Assembly (NCBI GenBank): GCA_029267315.1
Contig: JAJUJD010000001.1
Coordinates: 5,185 to 69,184, forward strand
Source of the DNA: Alcaligenaceae bacterium
GTDB taxonomy: Bacteria; Pseudomonadota; Gammaproteobacteria; Burkholderiales; Burkholderiaceae_B
Length of the DNA: 64,000 bases
Direction: 5' to 3'
Shown here piece after piece: positions 42,729 through 52,596 of this stretch. Position numbers and translations under genes: made by a program. Every line of letters starts with the position of its first letter. Within the stretch, counting starts at the first letter, position 1. Below the pieces are notes generated by a model. The model worked only from the letters and a program-made list of their open reading frames with translations, did not search any database and had not been told where the DNA came from.

Positions 42729-45700
42729 TCAAGCGACGTTCCTGCGCACTTCCTCTGCTTCGAGTTTGCCCTGACGATATTGCCGCAGTAGCACTGCCCA
42801 ACGCTGCTCGGCGGCGTCCATGGCGGCTTCCTTTATATGCCCGTAACCTCGAATGGCCTCGGGCAGGCGCGACAATTCAAGAGCGGTGGCAAGTTTGTCT
42901 GCATCGAGGCTGTTGGTGAACTCCTCGAGCAGGGCGAGGTAGTCTTTCACCCATTGCCGCTCACGCCGGCGCTCATCCGTCTTGCCGAAGATGTCCAGCA
43001 TGGTGCCACGAACGACCCGCATGCGGGCCAGCAGCTTCATCGCTCGCAGCATCCAGGGGCCATAACTAGTTTTCTTCGGGCGACCTTGTTCGTCGCGGGG
43101 GGCGAATCGGGGCGGCGCCATGTGGAAGCGTAACTGGTAGTCCCGGCCGGGCTCGCCCTCGAAGGCTTCGCGCAGCTGAGCCAGGAAGGCGGGGTCAGTG
43201 TAGAGTCGCGCGACTTCGTATTCGTCCTTATACGCCATGAGCTTGGCCAAGTTGTGTGCCACAGCTTCGCTCAGACGTAAGCGCAAGGGGCTAATACCCT
43301 GTGCACCGGACTCGACATCGGAGCCGTTCGATGGCTGGGCGCTTCCGATTTTGGCAAGAACCTCTGCTTCCTTTTTGCGAATGGCGGCAACCGCCCGACG
43401 ATACCGCTCCCCATAGGCTGCGCTTTGGTATTGAGTCAGCCACTGAACATTCCGCTCAATGACCTGATCCAAGCTTTCCGGCATGGCCAAGACCTTGGCC
43501 GATGCCTTGGGCAGTAGGTTCTGCGCCCCTTCATGGGCGGCACGACGGCCCCATTCGAATGCACTCAAATTCTTTTCCACCATGACGCCATTCAATCGAA
43601 TGGCACGGCGCAGGCTCTCGCCGCTCACAGGCACCCAGCCCTTCTGCCAGGCGTAACCCAGTACGAGCGGATTGGCATAAATGGTGTCTCCCAGCAGCGC
43701 CAGGGCCAGTGCGCTGGCATCAAAGAACTCACAGTTGTCGCCTACGGCCGTACGCAGGCGATCCCGCGTTTCTGCACTGGGAAAACGCCAGGAGGCATTG
43801 TGAATGATTTCGGCTGTAGGTGCCGACGTGGCATTTACCACTGCCTGCGTATGTCCCGGATTCAATCGGGTAAGAATATCCGCAGATATGCTGACGATAG
43901 CGTCACAACCCAGCAGCAGGCGCGCACCGGCAGTGGGAACGCGGGTGGAGAAAATCTCTTCGGGCTTGGGAGCTATCTGAATATGGCTTGCCACTGCGCC
44001 GCCTTTCTGCGCGAGTCCCGCCATATCGAGCACGGAAACGCCCTTGCCTTCGAGATGAGCGGCCATGCCCAGCAGGTTGCCGATGGTGATGACGCCGGTT
44101 CCGCCGATGCCTGTCACCAGGATGCCGTAAGGGCCGTCCAATTGCGGCAAAACGGGTTCCGGGAGGGATGTTGACTGACTGGCATCCGCTTCCTGTACCG
44201 ACGCACGCGACGTTGCTAACGAGGTCAAAGGCTTGGGCTTACGCGGTTGCGCGCCTTCGAGCGTGACAAAACTGGGGCAATAGCCCTTCACGCAGGAGAA
44301 ATCCTTATTGCATGACGACTGGTTGATACGACGTTTCGTCCCTCGCGGGGTTTCCAGCGGTTCAACCGACAGACAGTTGGAGGCCTTGGAGCAGTCGCCA
44401 CAGCCTTCACAGACTTCCGGGTTGATAAAGGCTCTCAGGGCGGGGTCGGGGTAGCTGCCCCGTTTGCGTCGCCGTCTTTTCTCTGTGGCGCATGTTTGAT
44501 CGTAAATCAGTACTGTCGTGCCTTCGACCTCGCGCAGTTCCTTCTGGATGCGGTCCAATTCATCACGATGGTGCACAGGTGGGCTGCCATGCAAGGGAAT
44601 GCCTTTGTACTTTTCCGGTTCGTCCGTGACGATCACAATGCGGCTTACCCCTTCGGCTGCCACCTGGGCAACAATCATGGGTACGGACAGGCTGCCATCC
44701 ACAGGCTGGCCGCCTGTCATGGCGACAGCGTCGTTGAACAAAATTTTGTACGTGATGTTTGCCTTTGCCGCGACGGCAGCGCGAATGGCCAAAATGCCTG
44801 AGTGGAAATAGGTGCCGTCGCCCAGGTTCACGAACACGTGCTTTTCCCGGGTGAAATGCTGTTGGCCGATCCAGGCCGCCCCTTCGCCCCCCATGTGGCT
44901 GAAGGTCTCGGTGCGGCGGTCCATCCAGATGCTCATGTAGTGGCAACCAATACCCGCCATGGCGCGGGACCCTTCGGGAACCCGGGTGGAAGTGTTGTGT
45001 GGACAGCCGGAACAGAACCAGGGTTTACGTTCAATGGCCGTACTGACTTGCGTCTGTGCTTTCTCCCGGGCGTCCAGTACGGCGATGTGCGCCTCGATTC
45101 TGGCTCGAATGTCCTCCGGCAGGGGGAAGGGGCGCAGACGCTGCGCGATGGCACGCGCGATCAGTGCGGGGGAGAGGTCGGCCTGCGGCGGCAATAGCCA
45201 AGGGCCCCGGGGTTGTGTCCATTCACCGCCGCCGTCGCCCCGGTCAGCGAACTTGCCTGAAACTCGCGGCCGCACGTCGTCCCGCCAGTTGTAGAGTTCT
45301 TCCTTGAGGGCGTACTCCAGTACCTGTCGTTTCTCCTCCACCACGAGAATTTCCTGCAGACCGGTAGCAAATTCGCGCGCATCTTGTGCATCGAGTGGCC
45401 AGACGCAGCCCACCTTCATAATGCGCAGGCCGACGCGCCGACAGGCTTCTTCGTCGAGCCCGAGGTTGCGCAAGGCCTCGCGCATATCGACGTAGGCCTT
45501 GCCTGCAGCCATGATGCCAAATCGCGCTTCCGGGCTGTCCAGCACCACCTGATTGAGACGGTTTTTTCTTATGTAGGCCAAGGCAGCGTAGAGCTTGTGG
45601 TCCAGCAGCCTGGCTTCCTGGGCGAGTGGCGTATCGGGCCAGCGCAAGTTGAGGCCACCTTCAGGCATGAGGAAATCCTCGGGTAGCAGGATGCTTGGAC

Positions 45701-46382
45701 GCAAGGGGTCCACATGCACAGAAGCACTGGATTCGATGACTTCGGTCACGCACTTCATTCCGACCCAAAGGCCGGTGTAACGGCTCATGGCCCACCCATG
45801 CAGTCCGTAGTACAGGTATTCCTGGACATTGGAGGGATAGAGCAGGGGAATCCCGGCGGATATCAGGTTGTGCTCAGACTGATGGGCGACGGTTGAGGAC
45901 TTGGCAGCGTGGTCGTCTCCCGCCAGCATCAGCACGCCTCCGTGACGCGAGGTACCTGCCGCATTGGCGTGTTTCAGGACGTCCATGCTTCGGTCCACGC
46001 CCGGGCCTTTGCCATACCAGACGGCGAACACGCCGTCATGGGTCGCCTCGGGATACAGGTTGACTTGCTGCGTGCCCCAGCAGGACGTGGCAGCTAAGTC
46101 TTCGTTGACCCCAGGCTGGAAGACGATGTCGTGACGTTTCAGATGGTCTCGTGCTTGCCAGAGCGCTTGGTCATAGGCACCAAGTGGTGAGCCGCGATAC
46201 CCGGAAATGAATCCTGCCGTATTCAAGCCGGCGGCCCGGTCTCGCACCTTTTGCATCAGGGGCAGGCGCACCAGCGCTTGTGTGCCGCTTAAGTAGATAC
46301 GGCCCTCGTTCACCGTGTACTTGTCGTCGAGGGATATCTCGGGGCCATGCGGTAAGGCGTTTGCCGGAAGGGGGGCATTCAT
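42729..46382 (-). CDS. Fused indolepyruvate:ferredoxin oxidoreductase family protein
   Basis: GYRGSP, FCSGCPHN, GDGTYFHSG (TPP binding), ferredoxin CEGCGDC, GIGGTG, GLAQKGG and YKDEYEVARL. Confidence 0.95.
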   Translation of the reverse strand: MNAPLPANALPHGPEISLDDKYTVNEGRIYLSGTQALVRLPLMQKVRDRAAGLNTAGFISGYRGSPLGAYDQALWQARDHLKRHDIVFQPGVNEDLAATSCWGTQQVNLYPEATHDGVFAVWYGKGPGVDRSMDVLKHANAAGTSRHGGVLMLAGDDHAAKSSTVAHQSEHNLISAGIPLLYPSNVQEYLYYGLHGWAMSRYTGLWVGMKCVTEVIESSASVHVDPLRPSILLPEDFLMPEGGLNLRWPDTPLAQEARLLDHKLYAALAYIRKNRLNQVVLDSPEARFGIMAAGKAYVDMREALRNLGLDEEACRRVGLRIMKVGCVWPLDAQDAREFATGLQEILVVEEKRQVLEYALKEELYNWRDDVRPRVSGKFADRGDGGGEWTQPRGPWLLPPQADLSPALIARAIAQRLRPFPLPEDIRARIEAHIAVLDAREKAQTQVSTAIERKPWFCSGCPHNTSTRVPEGSRAMAGIGCHYMSIWMDRRTETFSHMGGEGAAWIGQQHFTREKHVFVNLGDGTYFHSGILAIRAAVAAKANITYKILFNDAVAMTGGQPVDGSLSVPMIVAQVAAEGVSRIVIVTDEPEKYKGIPLHGSPPVHHRDELDRIQKELREVEGTTVLIYDQTCATEKRRRRKRGSYPDPALRAFINPEVCEGCGDCSKASNCLSVEPLETPRGTKRRINQSSCNKDFSCVKGYCPSFVTLEGAQPRKPKPLTSLATSRASVQEADASQSTSLPEPVLPQLDGPYGILVTGIGGTGVITIGNLLGMAAHLEGKGVSVLDMAGLAQKGGAVASHIQIAPKPEEIFSTRVPTAGARLLLGCDAIVSISADILTRLNPGHTQAVVNATSAPTAEIIHNASWRFPSAETRDRLRTAVGDNCEFFDASALALALLGDTIYANPLVLGYAWQKGWVPVSGESLRRAIRLNGVMVEKNLSAFEWGRRAAHEGAQNLLPKASAKVLAMPESLDQVIERNVQWLTQYQSAAYGERYRRAVAAIRKKEAEVLAKIGSAQPSNGSDVESGAQGISPLRLRLSEAVAHNLAKLMAYKDEYEVARLYTDPAFLAQLREAFEGEPGRDYQLRFHMAPPRFAPRDEQGRPKKTSYGPWMLRAMKLLARMRVVRGTMLDIFGKTDERRRERQWVKDYLALLEEFTNSLDADKLATALELSRLPEAIRGYGHIKEAAMDAAEQRWAVLLRQYRQGKLEAEEVRRNVA

Positions 46383-46502
46383 GCCGCTGTCTCCTGTTGT
46401 CATTTCGTGCCCGATGCGTCGCATATGGGCCAAGCTTAGTTCTTTGTACAGAGTGTAGGACGCTCATCTGCTATCGTAAAATCAAATTTTTATGTAGCAG
46501 GT

Positions 46503-46517
46503 ATCTGAAAAACAGAT
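46503..46517. promoter_or_regulatory. LysR T-N11-A recognition site overlapping the lysR start codon
   Basis: ATCTG-AAAAA-CAGAT. Confidence 0.6.
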
Positions 46518-47445
46518 GAAAAACGAAGTGACTTTGAGGCAGTTCAGGTACTTCATTGCTGCCGCCACGACTGGCCAGTTTTCAACCGCCGCTCTCTCCG
46601 AACATGTCTCACAGTCGGCCATCACCAGTGCAGTGCAGAGCCTTGAACGCAGGCTGAAACTGCGGCTATTTGATCGCCTTCCTCATGGGGTCGCGCTCAC
46701 GCCTGAAGGCCAAGTTTTCTTTCATCACGCGCTTCACGTGATGGATGCCGTGAACGACGCCCTGAATCACGCGACGCTGAAGCCACAGGCAATGCAGGGC
46801 ACCATCCGGTTGGCGGCGACATATACCGTGCTGGGATACTTCCTTCCAGACCTTCTGAGCCGCTACAAGCGCAGCTATCCCAATGTGGAAATCGACTTGA
46901 TCGATATGGATAGATGCACGTTGGAAAAGGCGGTACGGGAAGGCTCGGTGGATCTGGGTGTGGGGCTCACGTCCAACTTGGAGAATCGTGAAGATCTCAA
47001 GGTGAGTACGCTGGTGCGCTCGCGGCGTCGTGTATGGGTCAGTGCTGGACACCCGCTGACCAGGCAGACTTCCGCGACGCTCGAGGAGATTGCCCAATAC
47101 CCCTACATTGTGCTGCAGATTGATGATGCCGAAGCGGCCGCCTTACGCCACTGGCCCGACGGAGGCAAGGGGCTGAAGATTGCCATGCGTACCGCGTCTC
47201 TGGAGGCGCTGCGGGGGCTGGTGGCGTATGGCTTTGGTGTATCGATATTGTCTGATCTGGTCTACCGGCCCTGGTCGCTGGAAGGCAAGAGAATCGTCGC
47301 CTTGCCCGTTTCCGACGTACTGGAGCCCATGGAAGTAGGGCTATTGTGGTCAGCAAGGAAGGAACCCTCGACAGTGACGGACACCTTCCGCCAGTTCCTG
47401 ATTCAGGCCTGCGAAGGCACCGACACCCATCCCACCGCCGCCTGA
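46516..47445 (+). CDS. LysR family regulator divergent from the oxidoreductase gene
   Basis: LRQFRYF...SQSAIT...LFDR...LTPEG HTH. Confidence 0.96.
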   Translation: MKNEVTLRQFRYFIAAATTGQFSTAALSEHVSQSAITSAVQSLERRLKLRLFDRLPHGVALTPEGQVFFHHALHVMDAVNDALNHATLKPQAMQGTIRLAATYTVLGYFLPDLLSRYKRSYPNVEIDLIDMDRCTLEKAVREGSVDLGVGLTSNLENREDLKVSTLVRSRRRVWVSAGHPLTRQTSATLEEIAQYPYIVLQIDDAEAAALRHWPDGGKGLKIAMRTASLEALRGLVAYGFGVSILSDLVYRPWSLEGKRIVALPVSDVLEPMEVGLLWSARKEPSTVTDTFRQFLIQACEGTDTHPTAA

Positions 47446-47493
47446 CCTGTCCAGAGTCAGGCGGAGTATAGGCTCAGCCCATATCAGGCGACA

Positions 47494-48795
47494 TCAAGGC
47501 ACAAGAGCAAGGCCGAAACGCACTTGTGATCCTGTCTTCTGATCGTAGCCCAACAGGGTTTCGTTATAGCCCTTGAAATATTGGACATGGAAATAACCGT
47601 TCATATTGAGGAAGGTGCGCTTCAAGGGCCACGCGGCTTCCAGTTGAGTGCTGTTGCGCCCGCCCTTGCCATGGCGGTACAACCCGGTCAGCACCAGCCC
47701 GTCGTCTTGTGCCCAACGCAGCTTCCAATCGACATTGCCCACATAGTCGCTATAGTCTGAATTTTCGGAATCACTGAAATATTGTTTGAAGCGGGGGGCA
47801 AAGGTGAGGGTGCTGCCGTGTCCAAGGCGATAGTTGAATTCGGGTTGGATGTAGGCGAAATTCAGCGCTCGCGAATCATCGCCGCTCTTACCATTCGATT
47901 CATGCTCTACGCCTGTCTGCAAGCCCAGGAAAAAGGCGCTGGATTCCGGCTTGAAGATGGCATCCTGGCGCCAGAATATGCTTGGCTTGAATGAGGTGTC
48001 CACGAAGGGATGCGAGTCCGAATGAAGGTCCCAGAGCGAGGTCTGGGTATAGCCCAGATACAGGTTATCCCATACGCTGGGGTTTTGCGGGTCATCAGGG
48101 GTGAACAAACGGTACTTGAGGCTGATCTGGAAGCGGGCGGCACGGCTGTTGTGACCACCCACGTCGAAATACACCGCTTCATACGGCGAGATAGCGCTGC
48201 GGAAACGCTCAAACCCCGGGAAGCTCTGAGCGCCCAGTGTGGCCACGGGCGCTGGGCCACCAGCGTGGGTAGAACCAGCTTGCGCGACCGCAATCGGCGA
48301 GGCGACGGGATCTCCATAAATCGCATCGCCCTTGCTGGCATCCACGACCGGGCCGTCCGCCCGGGCAGCCACGATTTTGCCTTCCTCAGTCGGGCTGGTG
48401 TCCAACGCCAACAGTGTGTTGTCACCCTCGACGTTTACAGCCTGCAAGCCTACGGCAGCTTGCGGTACAACGGCACGCCATTCAAAACGCACGAAATTGT
48501 TCACTGGGATGCTGGCCTCTGCGGTACCGGCGTTCCGATAGGCGATGCTGCGAACCGCCTCGCCACGCTCGTTGCGCCACTGCAGAACAATGGTGTCAGG
48601 TGCGGTCCAGTCCAGAGCATTGGGCGTGTCATTGAATACCACCGCCCGTACCAGGACAGTTTCACCTGCGCTAGCGTGGTTGCGATCCAGCGAATAAGTC
48701 ACGCCAGACCAGGCCGGGGAGTTGCAGGCGACGAATATGCCCAGTGCGAGGGGGGACAGGCGAACCGCGCGCGTCCAGTGTTTGGATGTAATCAT
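47494..48795 (-). CDS. pldA: Outer membrane phospholipase A with an N-terminal extension
   Basis: FQISLK, YTQTSLW, catalytic HESNG and QYFKGYNETLLGY. Confidence 0.88.
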   Translation of the reverse strand: MITSKHWTRAVRLSPLALGIFVACNSPAWSGVTYSLDRNHASAGETVLVRAVVFNDTPNALDWTAPDTIVLQWRNERGEAVRSIAYRNAGTAEASIPVNNFVRFEWRAVVPQAAVGLQAVNVEGDNTLLALDTSPTEEGKIVAARADGPVVDASKGDAIYGDPVASPIAVAQAGSTHAGGPAPVATLGAQSFPGFERFRSAISPYEAVYFDVGGHNSRAARFQISLKYRLFTPDDPQNPSVWDNLYLGYTQTSLWDLHSDSHPFVDTSFKPSIFWRQDAIFKPESSAFFLGLQTGVEHESNGKSGDDSRALNFAYIQPEFNYRLGHGSTLTFAPRFKQYFSDSENSDYSDYVGNVDWKLRWAQDDGLVLTGLYRHGKGGRNSTQLEAAWPLKRTFLNMNGYFHVQYFKGYNETLLGYDQKTGSQVRFGLALVP

Positions 48796-48968
48796 GGATT
48801 GGGATCAAAAATGTAACGAGGCGAATGTAACATCGGCCTTGAGGCAGCCCGAATACTGTATGTAACGGGATCTGCCATCAGCGAACATCGTGCCCGGCGG
48901 AAGGTACTGCGCTGGGCCCGTTTGGTGCTTTGCCGCTGCAACGGTAAAATGCCCCAGCTTCATTGCGT

Positions 48969-49045
48969 GCGGCAGTAGCTCAGCTGGATAGAGCACGGGC
49001 CTTCTAAGCCTGAGGTCGGGGGTTCGAGACCCTCCTGCCGCGCCA
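48969..49045 (+). tRNA. tRNA-Arg (TCT)
   Basis: GCGGCAGTAGCTCAGCTGGATAGAGCA-CGGGC-CTTCTAA-GCCTG...GGTTCGAGACC...CTGCCGCGCCA, 77 nt. Confidence 0.95.
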
Positions 49046-49081
49046 CTGATTTTTTGTTCCCAGAGTCTTATCGGGCGATCT

Positions 49082-49738
49082 TTATCGCTCGTTGGTGAAG
49101 CGGTAAAAGCGGCGTTCTGCGTCGTGCAGGTCACGTCTCGCGCGAAGCAGCCTGTCATCCAAATCCCGCAATTCCCGGCGCAGCGTCCTGCGCTTTTTAT
49201 CATCCTTCTCCTTTTCCAGCTCGCGTTCCTTGCGTCGCAGATCACTGTCCAGCGAATTGACATGCTGTTCTGCCTGGTAAACCCGGTAGCCGACTTGATA
49301 ATGAGTACGAAATGCCGGGTCAAGCTCCATCGGGCAGGCGTTTCGGTAGCTGTGCCCGCGGCGACCCTCACTGAGGGCATTGGATGGACGGCAGTATTCA
49401 CGAATCCCGACATTCCATCCTGATTGATATCGTGCGTTATCGGGTACGACAGCGACTTTCGCGCAAGCTTCTGTGTGTTCCTCCACTCTGCTGCGCGGAT
49501 AGCCAGAAAGGCCGTCGCGATAGCCCTGTTCCTTCCAATCGGCGGCGAGACATTCTTCTTCGGACATACTTGCGCACCCGCTCAGGGCCAGTACAAGTGT
49601 GAGGGAAAACAGCAGTCGTGCGGGCCCAATGCTGCGGAAGAATCGCCGGTGCCCTTCGCCAGTGAATGTTGAACCTGGAACAACTGCTAAGCGGGACTGC
49701 AGGGAAGTACTGCTGTGAGAATAGGGGTGTGACCTCAT
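49082..49738 (-). CDS. DUF2799-like lipoprotein (start uncertain)
   Basis: Lipobox LSGC, MSEEEC...DW...GYRDG...YC pattern and a coiled-coil C-terminus. Confidence 0.8.
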   Translation of the reverse strand: MRSHPYSHSSTSLQSRLAVVPGSTFTGEGHRRFFRSIGPARLLFSLTLVLALSGCASMSEEECLAADWKEQGYRDGLSGYPRSRVEEHTEACAKVAVVPDNARYQSGWNVGIREYCRPSNALSEGRRGHSYRNACPMELDPAFRTHYQVGYRVYQAEQHVNSLDSDLRRKERELEKEKDDKKRRTLRRELRDLDDRLLRARRDLHDAERRFYRFTNER

Positions 49739-49834
49739 AGTCGGCGTCCGGTTGTCGGCTTGAAAGTCAAATTCCTTGGCAGCCCATCACTGCGGGAATT
49801 TTGACAATTTGTAATTATTCTCTCAAACGCCGAC

Positions 49835-49860
49835 AAAAGAAAAGCCCGCTAAGCGGGCTT
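49835..49860 (-). terminator. Intrinsic terminator after the 64-aa ORF
   Basis: Minus strand reads AAGCCCGCTTAGCGGGCTTTTCTTTT. Confidence 0.75.
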
Positions 49861-49888
49861 AAGGCAAACGACCTTCTGATCACTGAAA

Positions 49889-50083
49889 TCAGGATCGGGT
49901 CACGGATAACAAAGCGGGGTCAGTGCGATGGGGGTCGACTCGTAAACCGAGTTCCTGCGCCTGGGCACTGAATTCCAGTAGCCAGTCGTCTCCCATTATT
50001 CTTTCTATATCCTGAATCTGGATGGTGATGGACTTTTTCTGACCCAGGGCGGTACGCAGATCGAATTTAGCTTCTTGCTCCAT
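49889..50083 (-). CDS. Hypothetical 64-aa protein
   Basis: MEQEAKFDLRTAL...SVTRS; GAGGA SD; downstream terminator. Confidence 0.7.
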   Translation of the reverse strand: MEQEAKFDLRTALGQKKSITIQIQDIERIMGDDWLLEFSAQAQELGLRVDPHRTDPALLSVTRS

Positions 50084-50673
50084 TTTCTTATCCTCGTAAT
50101 GGGAAGCTGAAAACATTCCGCTTCAGTTTCCACGCAGTACGCCTCTTAAAAACCGAAGCATGTCGCTGACGCTGCTCCTCGTCGGCAGAGGAGGGTGGAT
50201 TGGGCGGGGTGTTCATATTGCTTCCCTGCACACCGACTGAGGAAGCTGAACTGAGAATCGTAATCATACGGTCCTTAGTCGTCAGCCGGGGATGATCCCG
50301 TTCGACTGACTGTAGTGATACTGCGAGACCCAGCTTACGCTCATCGTCGGTGTTGACCTACCTCTCATTTGCAACAGGAAGGGTGCCCTCCTGATGGGTT
50401 TTTCGCCCTCGGCCCGTGTGCGGCCGCGCCGCTGTTGGCATGTAGCGTGCCCGGCCTTGATTTCATCTGTCATTAAAACTCGTATAAGTTACATAGTCTT
50501 TCAATTTTACGTTTTCCTGAGATGGCGATTCATACTGTGAAAAATCGGATATTTCGATGTTTTTACTGTTTTTTATCGATCGTTCGGGTGATGTTGAGCA
50601 AACTTAGCTACTTTGAGTATTTGTATCCCTCCTGGGCTCCGCATAGTATGGCCCCCTTTTAAGGAGGCGTTTT

Positions 50674-51645
50674 ATGGAAGCGATGGCGGTAGAGCGTGAA
50701 ACTGGCTTCTGGACCGTAACTACTGTTCTTAGGCTCTACGAAATGCCTTTTCTCGACTTGGTTCACCGTGCTCAAGAAGTGCACCGGGCGCACCACTCGC
50801 CAAACGAGGTTCAGCTCTCTACGCTGATGTCGATTAAGACGGGGGCATGTACAGAGGACTGCGCTTACTGCCCCCAGTCCAAGCACCATGACACGCAGCT
50901 TGCGGACGATCAGCGTCTGGCCAAACTGCAGGAAGTGGTGGAAGAGGCGAGGGCAGCCCGCGATCAGGGCGCGCAGCGCTTCTGCATGGGTGCTGCATGG
51001 CGTTCACCCACGGAAAGGCAACTGGACGATGTCATTGAAATGGTGCGCGCGGTCAAAGCCCTGGGTATGGAGACCTGTGTCACGCTCGGCATGTTGAAAG
51101 ATGGCCAAGCTGAACGGCTAAAGGAAGCGGGCCTTGACTACTACAACCATAACCTTGATACGTCTCCCGAGTTTTACGGCAATATCATCACCACGCGGAC
51201 TTACCAGGATCGACTGGATACGCTGGATGCGGTGCGTGACGCCGGCATCAAGGTGTGTTGCGGTGGGATTGTAGGCTTGGGCGAGTCGCGGCGTGAACGG
51301 GCCGGCCTTCTGGTTCAGCTCGCCAACCTGAAGCCGTATCCGGAGTCCGTACCCATCAATAACCTTGTGAGGGTGGAAGGAACGCCGCTGGCCGACGTAC
51401 CCGCTGTAGACGAATTCGAATTTGTGCGCACCATTGCTGTCGCTCGTATCATCATGCCGGCGGCCGTCCTGCGCTTGTCTGCCGGCCGTACTGAAATGAG
51501 TGACAGCATGCAGGCCCTATGCTTTATGGCGGGGGCGAATTCCATCTTTTACGGTGATGAGCTACTCACCACGGCAAATCCGCAGCAAGCCAAGGACAAG
51601 CACCTTCTGGAGCGCCTGGGGATGCGGCCCGCCGTCCTGTCGTGA
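50674..51645 (+). CDS. bioB: Biotin synthase
   Basis: [10 protein letters not shown] radical-SAM motif, YNHNLDT and ESVPIN; AAGGAGG SD. Confidence 0.98.
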   Translation: MEAMAVERETGFWTVTTVLRLYEMPFLDLVHRAQEVHRAHHSPNEVQLSTLMSIKTGACTEDCAYCPQSKHHDTQLADDQRLAKLQEVVEEARAARDQGAQRFCMGAAWRSPTERQLDDVIEMVRAVKALGMETCVTLGMLKDGQAERLKEAGLDYYNHNLDTSPEFYGNIITTRTYQDRLDTLDAVRDAGIKVCCGGIVGLGESRRERAGLLVQLANLKPYPESVPINNLVRVEGTPLADVPAVDEFEFVRTIAVARIIMPAAVLRLSAGRTEMSDSMQALCFMAGANSIFYGDELLTTANPQQAKDKHLLERLGMRPAVLS

Positions 51646-51648
51646 AGG

Positions 51649-52596
51649 TCAGTGGGGTAGGGTCAGGCCGCCGAAACGTGCGTAGAAAAAATCTGCTGTG
51701 GGCTGGGCCTGGGCGTCCTCCTCCAGCAGAGCTTCCATGATGTATTCCTCGGCCCGGTGCCATGTGGCGTTGTACACATCGTGGCAGAGTTCATAAGCGA
51801 CTTTCCCGGCCCAATCTGTGGGAAGCAGTTCTATGGGCAGGCGGGGGTCATGCAAAAGAGCCCGCCGGTACTCGTGTATGAGCAGGGTGCGAACGACAAA
51901 GGCGAGCTCGGGCGAAAGTGCCTTGCCCAGGTCGTCGAGGATTTCGGGAAGCTGATTGAAGTGCTCGATAAAGCTGAGGTAATTCTGCCTGATCTCTTCT
52001 AGCGGCCAATACTCGGTTACCAGCTCTGGTAAAGGGCGGCCCGGCATGCCTTGCGCCTGCTCCATACTGGTGACGAAGACATCGCGCTGCACGTCGTAGG
52101 CATGAAGAATTTCGCGCAGAGTTTCGTGATCGGGGTTGGGGTGCACGAAGACGGTGGGCGATATGGCACTGAAGCCCTCCCACCCAAGTTCCTTACGCAG
52201 CTCACTGCGGGTTTGTGGATTCAGTGTGCCGGTACTGGCAAAAACCAAGGTCCAGTAGCCCGACCATGCGAGATAGGTAGGGGAATAGACCCGGTTATAG
52301 GCTCGCGAAAAACGCCGTTCGGCACTCTCCCGCAGGGTGTAAAGACTGCGACGGCCCTCGCGGCGTCCACTGAGCCAGCCGTCTTCAGCCAACCTGAATA
52401 CGCTGGTTCGCACAAGCCGGTCACTGATGCGAAAGGGGGCCAGGAGTCGTATGAGGCTGCCCAGCCACAAGGCGCCCCCATGGGGCCGGATGGCGTCCCC
52501 AAAAAGGGTCATGACCAGGGACTTGGCTCGGGGGGGATGCGCTTCCAGGAAGTTATCCGCCCAATCCTGCAGTGAACGTGTTTGGATTATTTGCAT
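51649..52596 (-). CDS. paaX: Phenylacetate catabolism repressor PaaX
   Basis: SLVMTLFGD, VRTSVFRL and LLIHEYRRALLHDPRLPIELLP.DW. Confidence 0.93.
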   Translation of the reverse strand: MQIIQTRSLQDWADNFLEAHPPRAKSLVMTLFGDAIRPHGGALWLGSLIRLLAPFRISDRLVRTSVFRLAEDGWLSGRREGRRSLYTLRESAERRFSRAYNRVYSPTYLAWSGYWTLVFASTGTLNPQTRSELRKELGWEGFSAISPTVFVHPNPDHETLREILHAYDVQRDVFVTSMEQAQGMPGRPLPELVTEYWPLEEIRQNYLSFIEHFNQLPEILDDLGKALSPELAFVVRTLLIHEYRRALLHDPRLPIELLPTDWAGKVAYELCHDVYNATWHRAEEYIMEALLEEDAQAQPTADFFYARFGGLTLPH

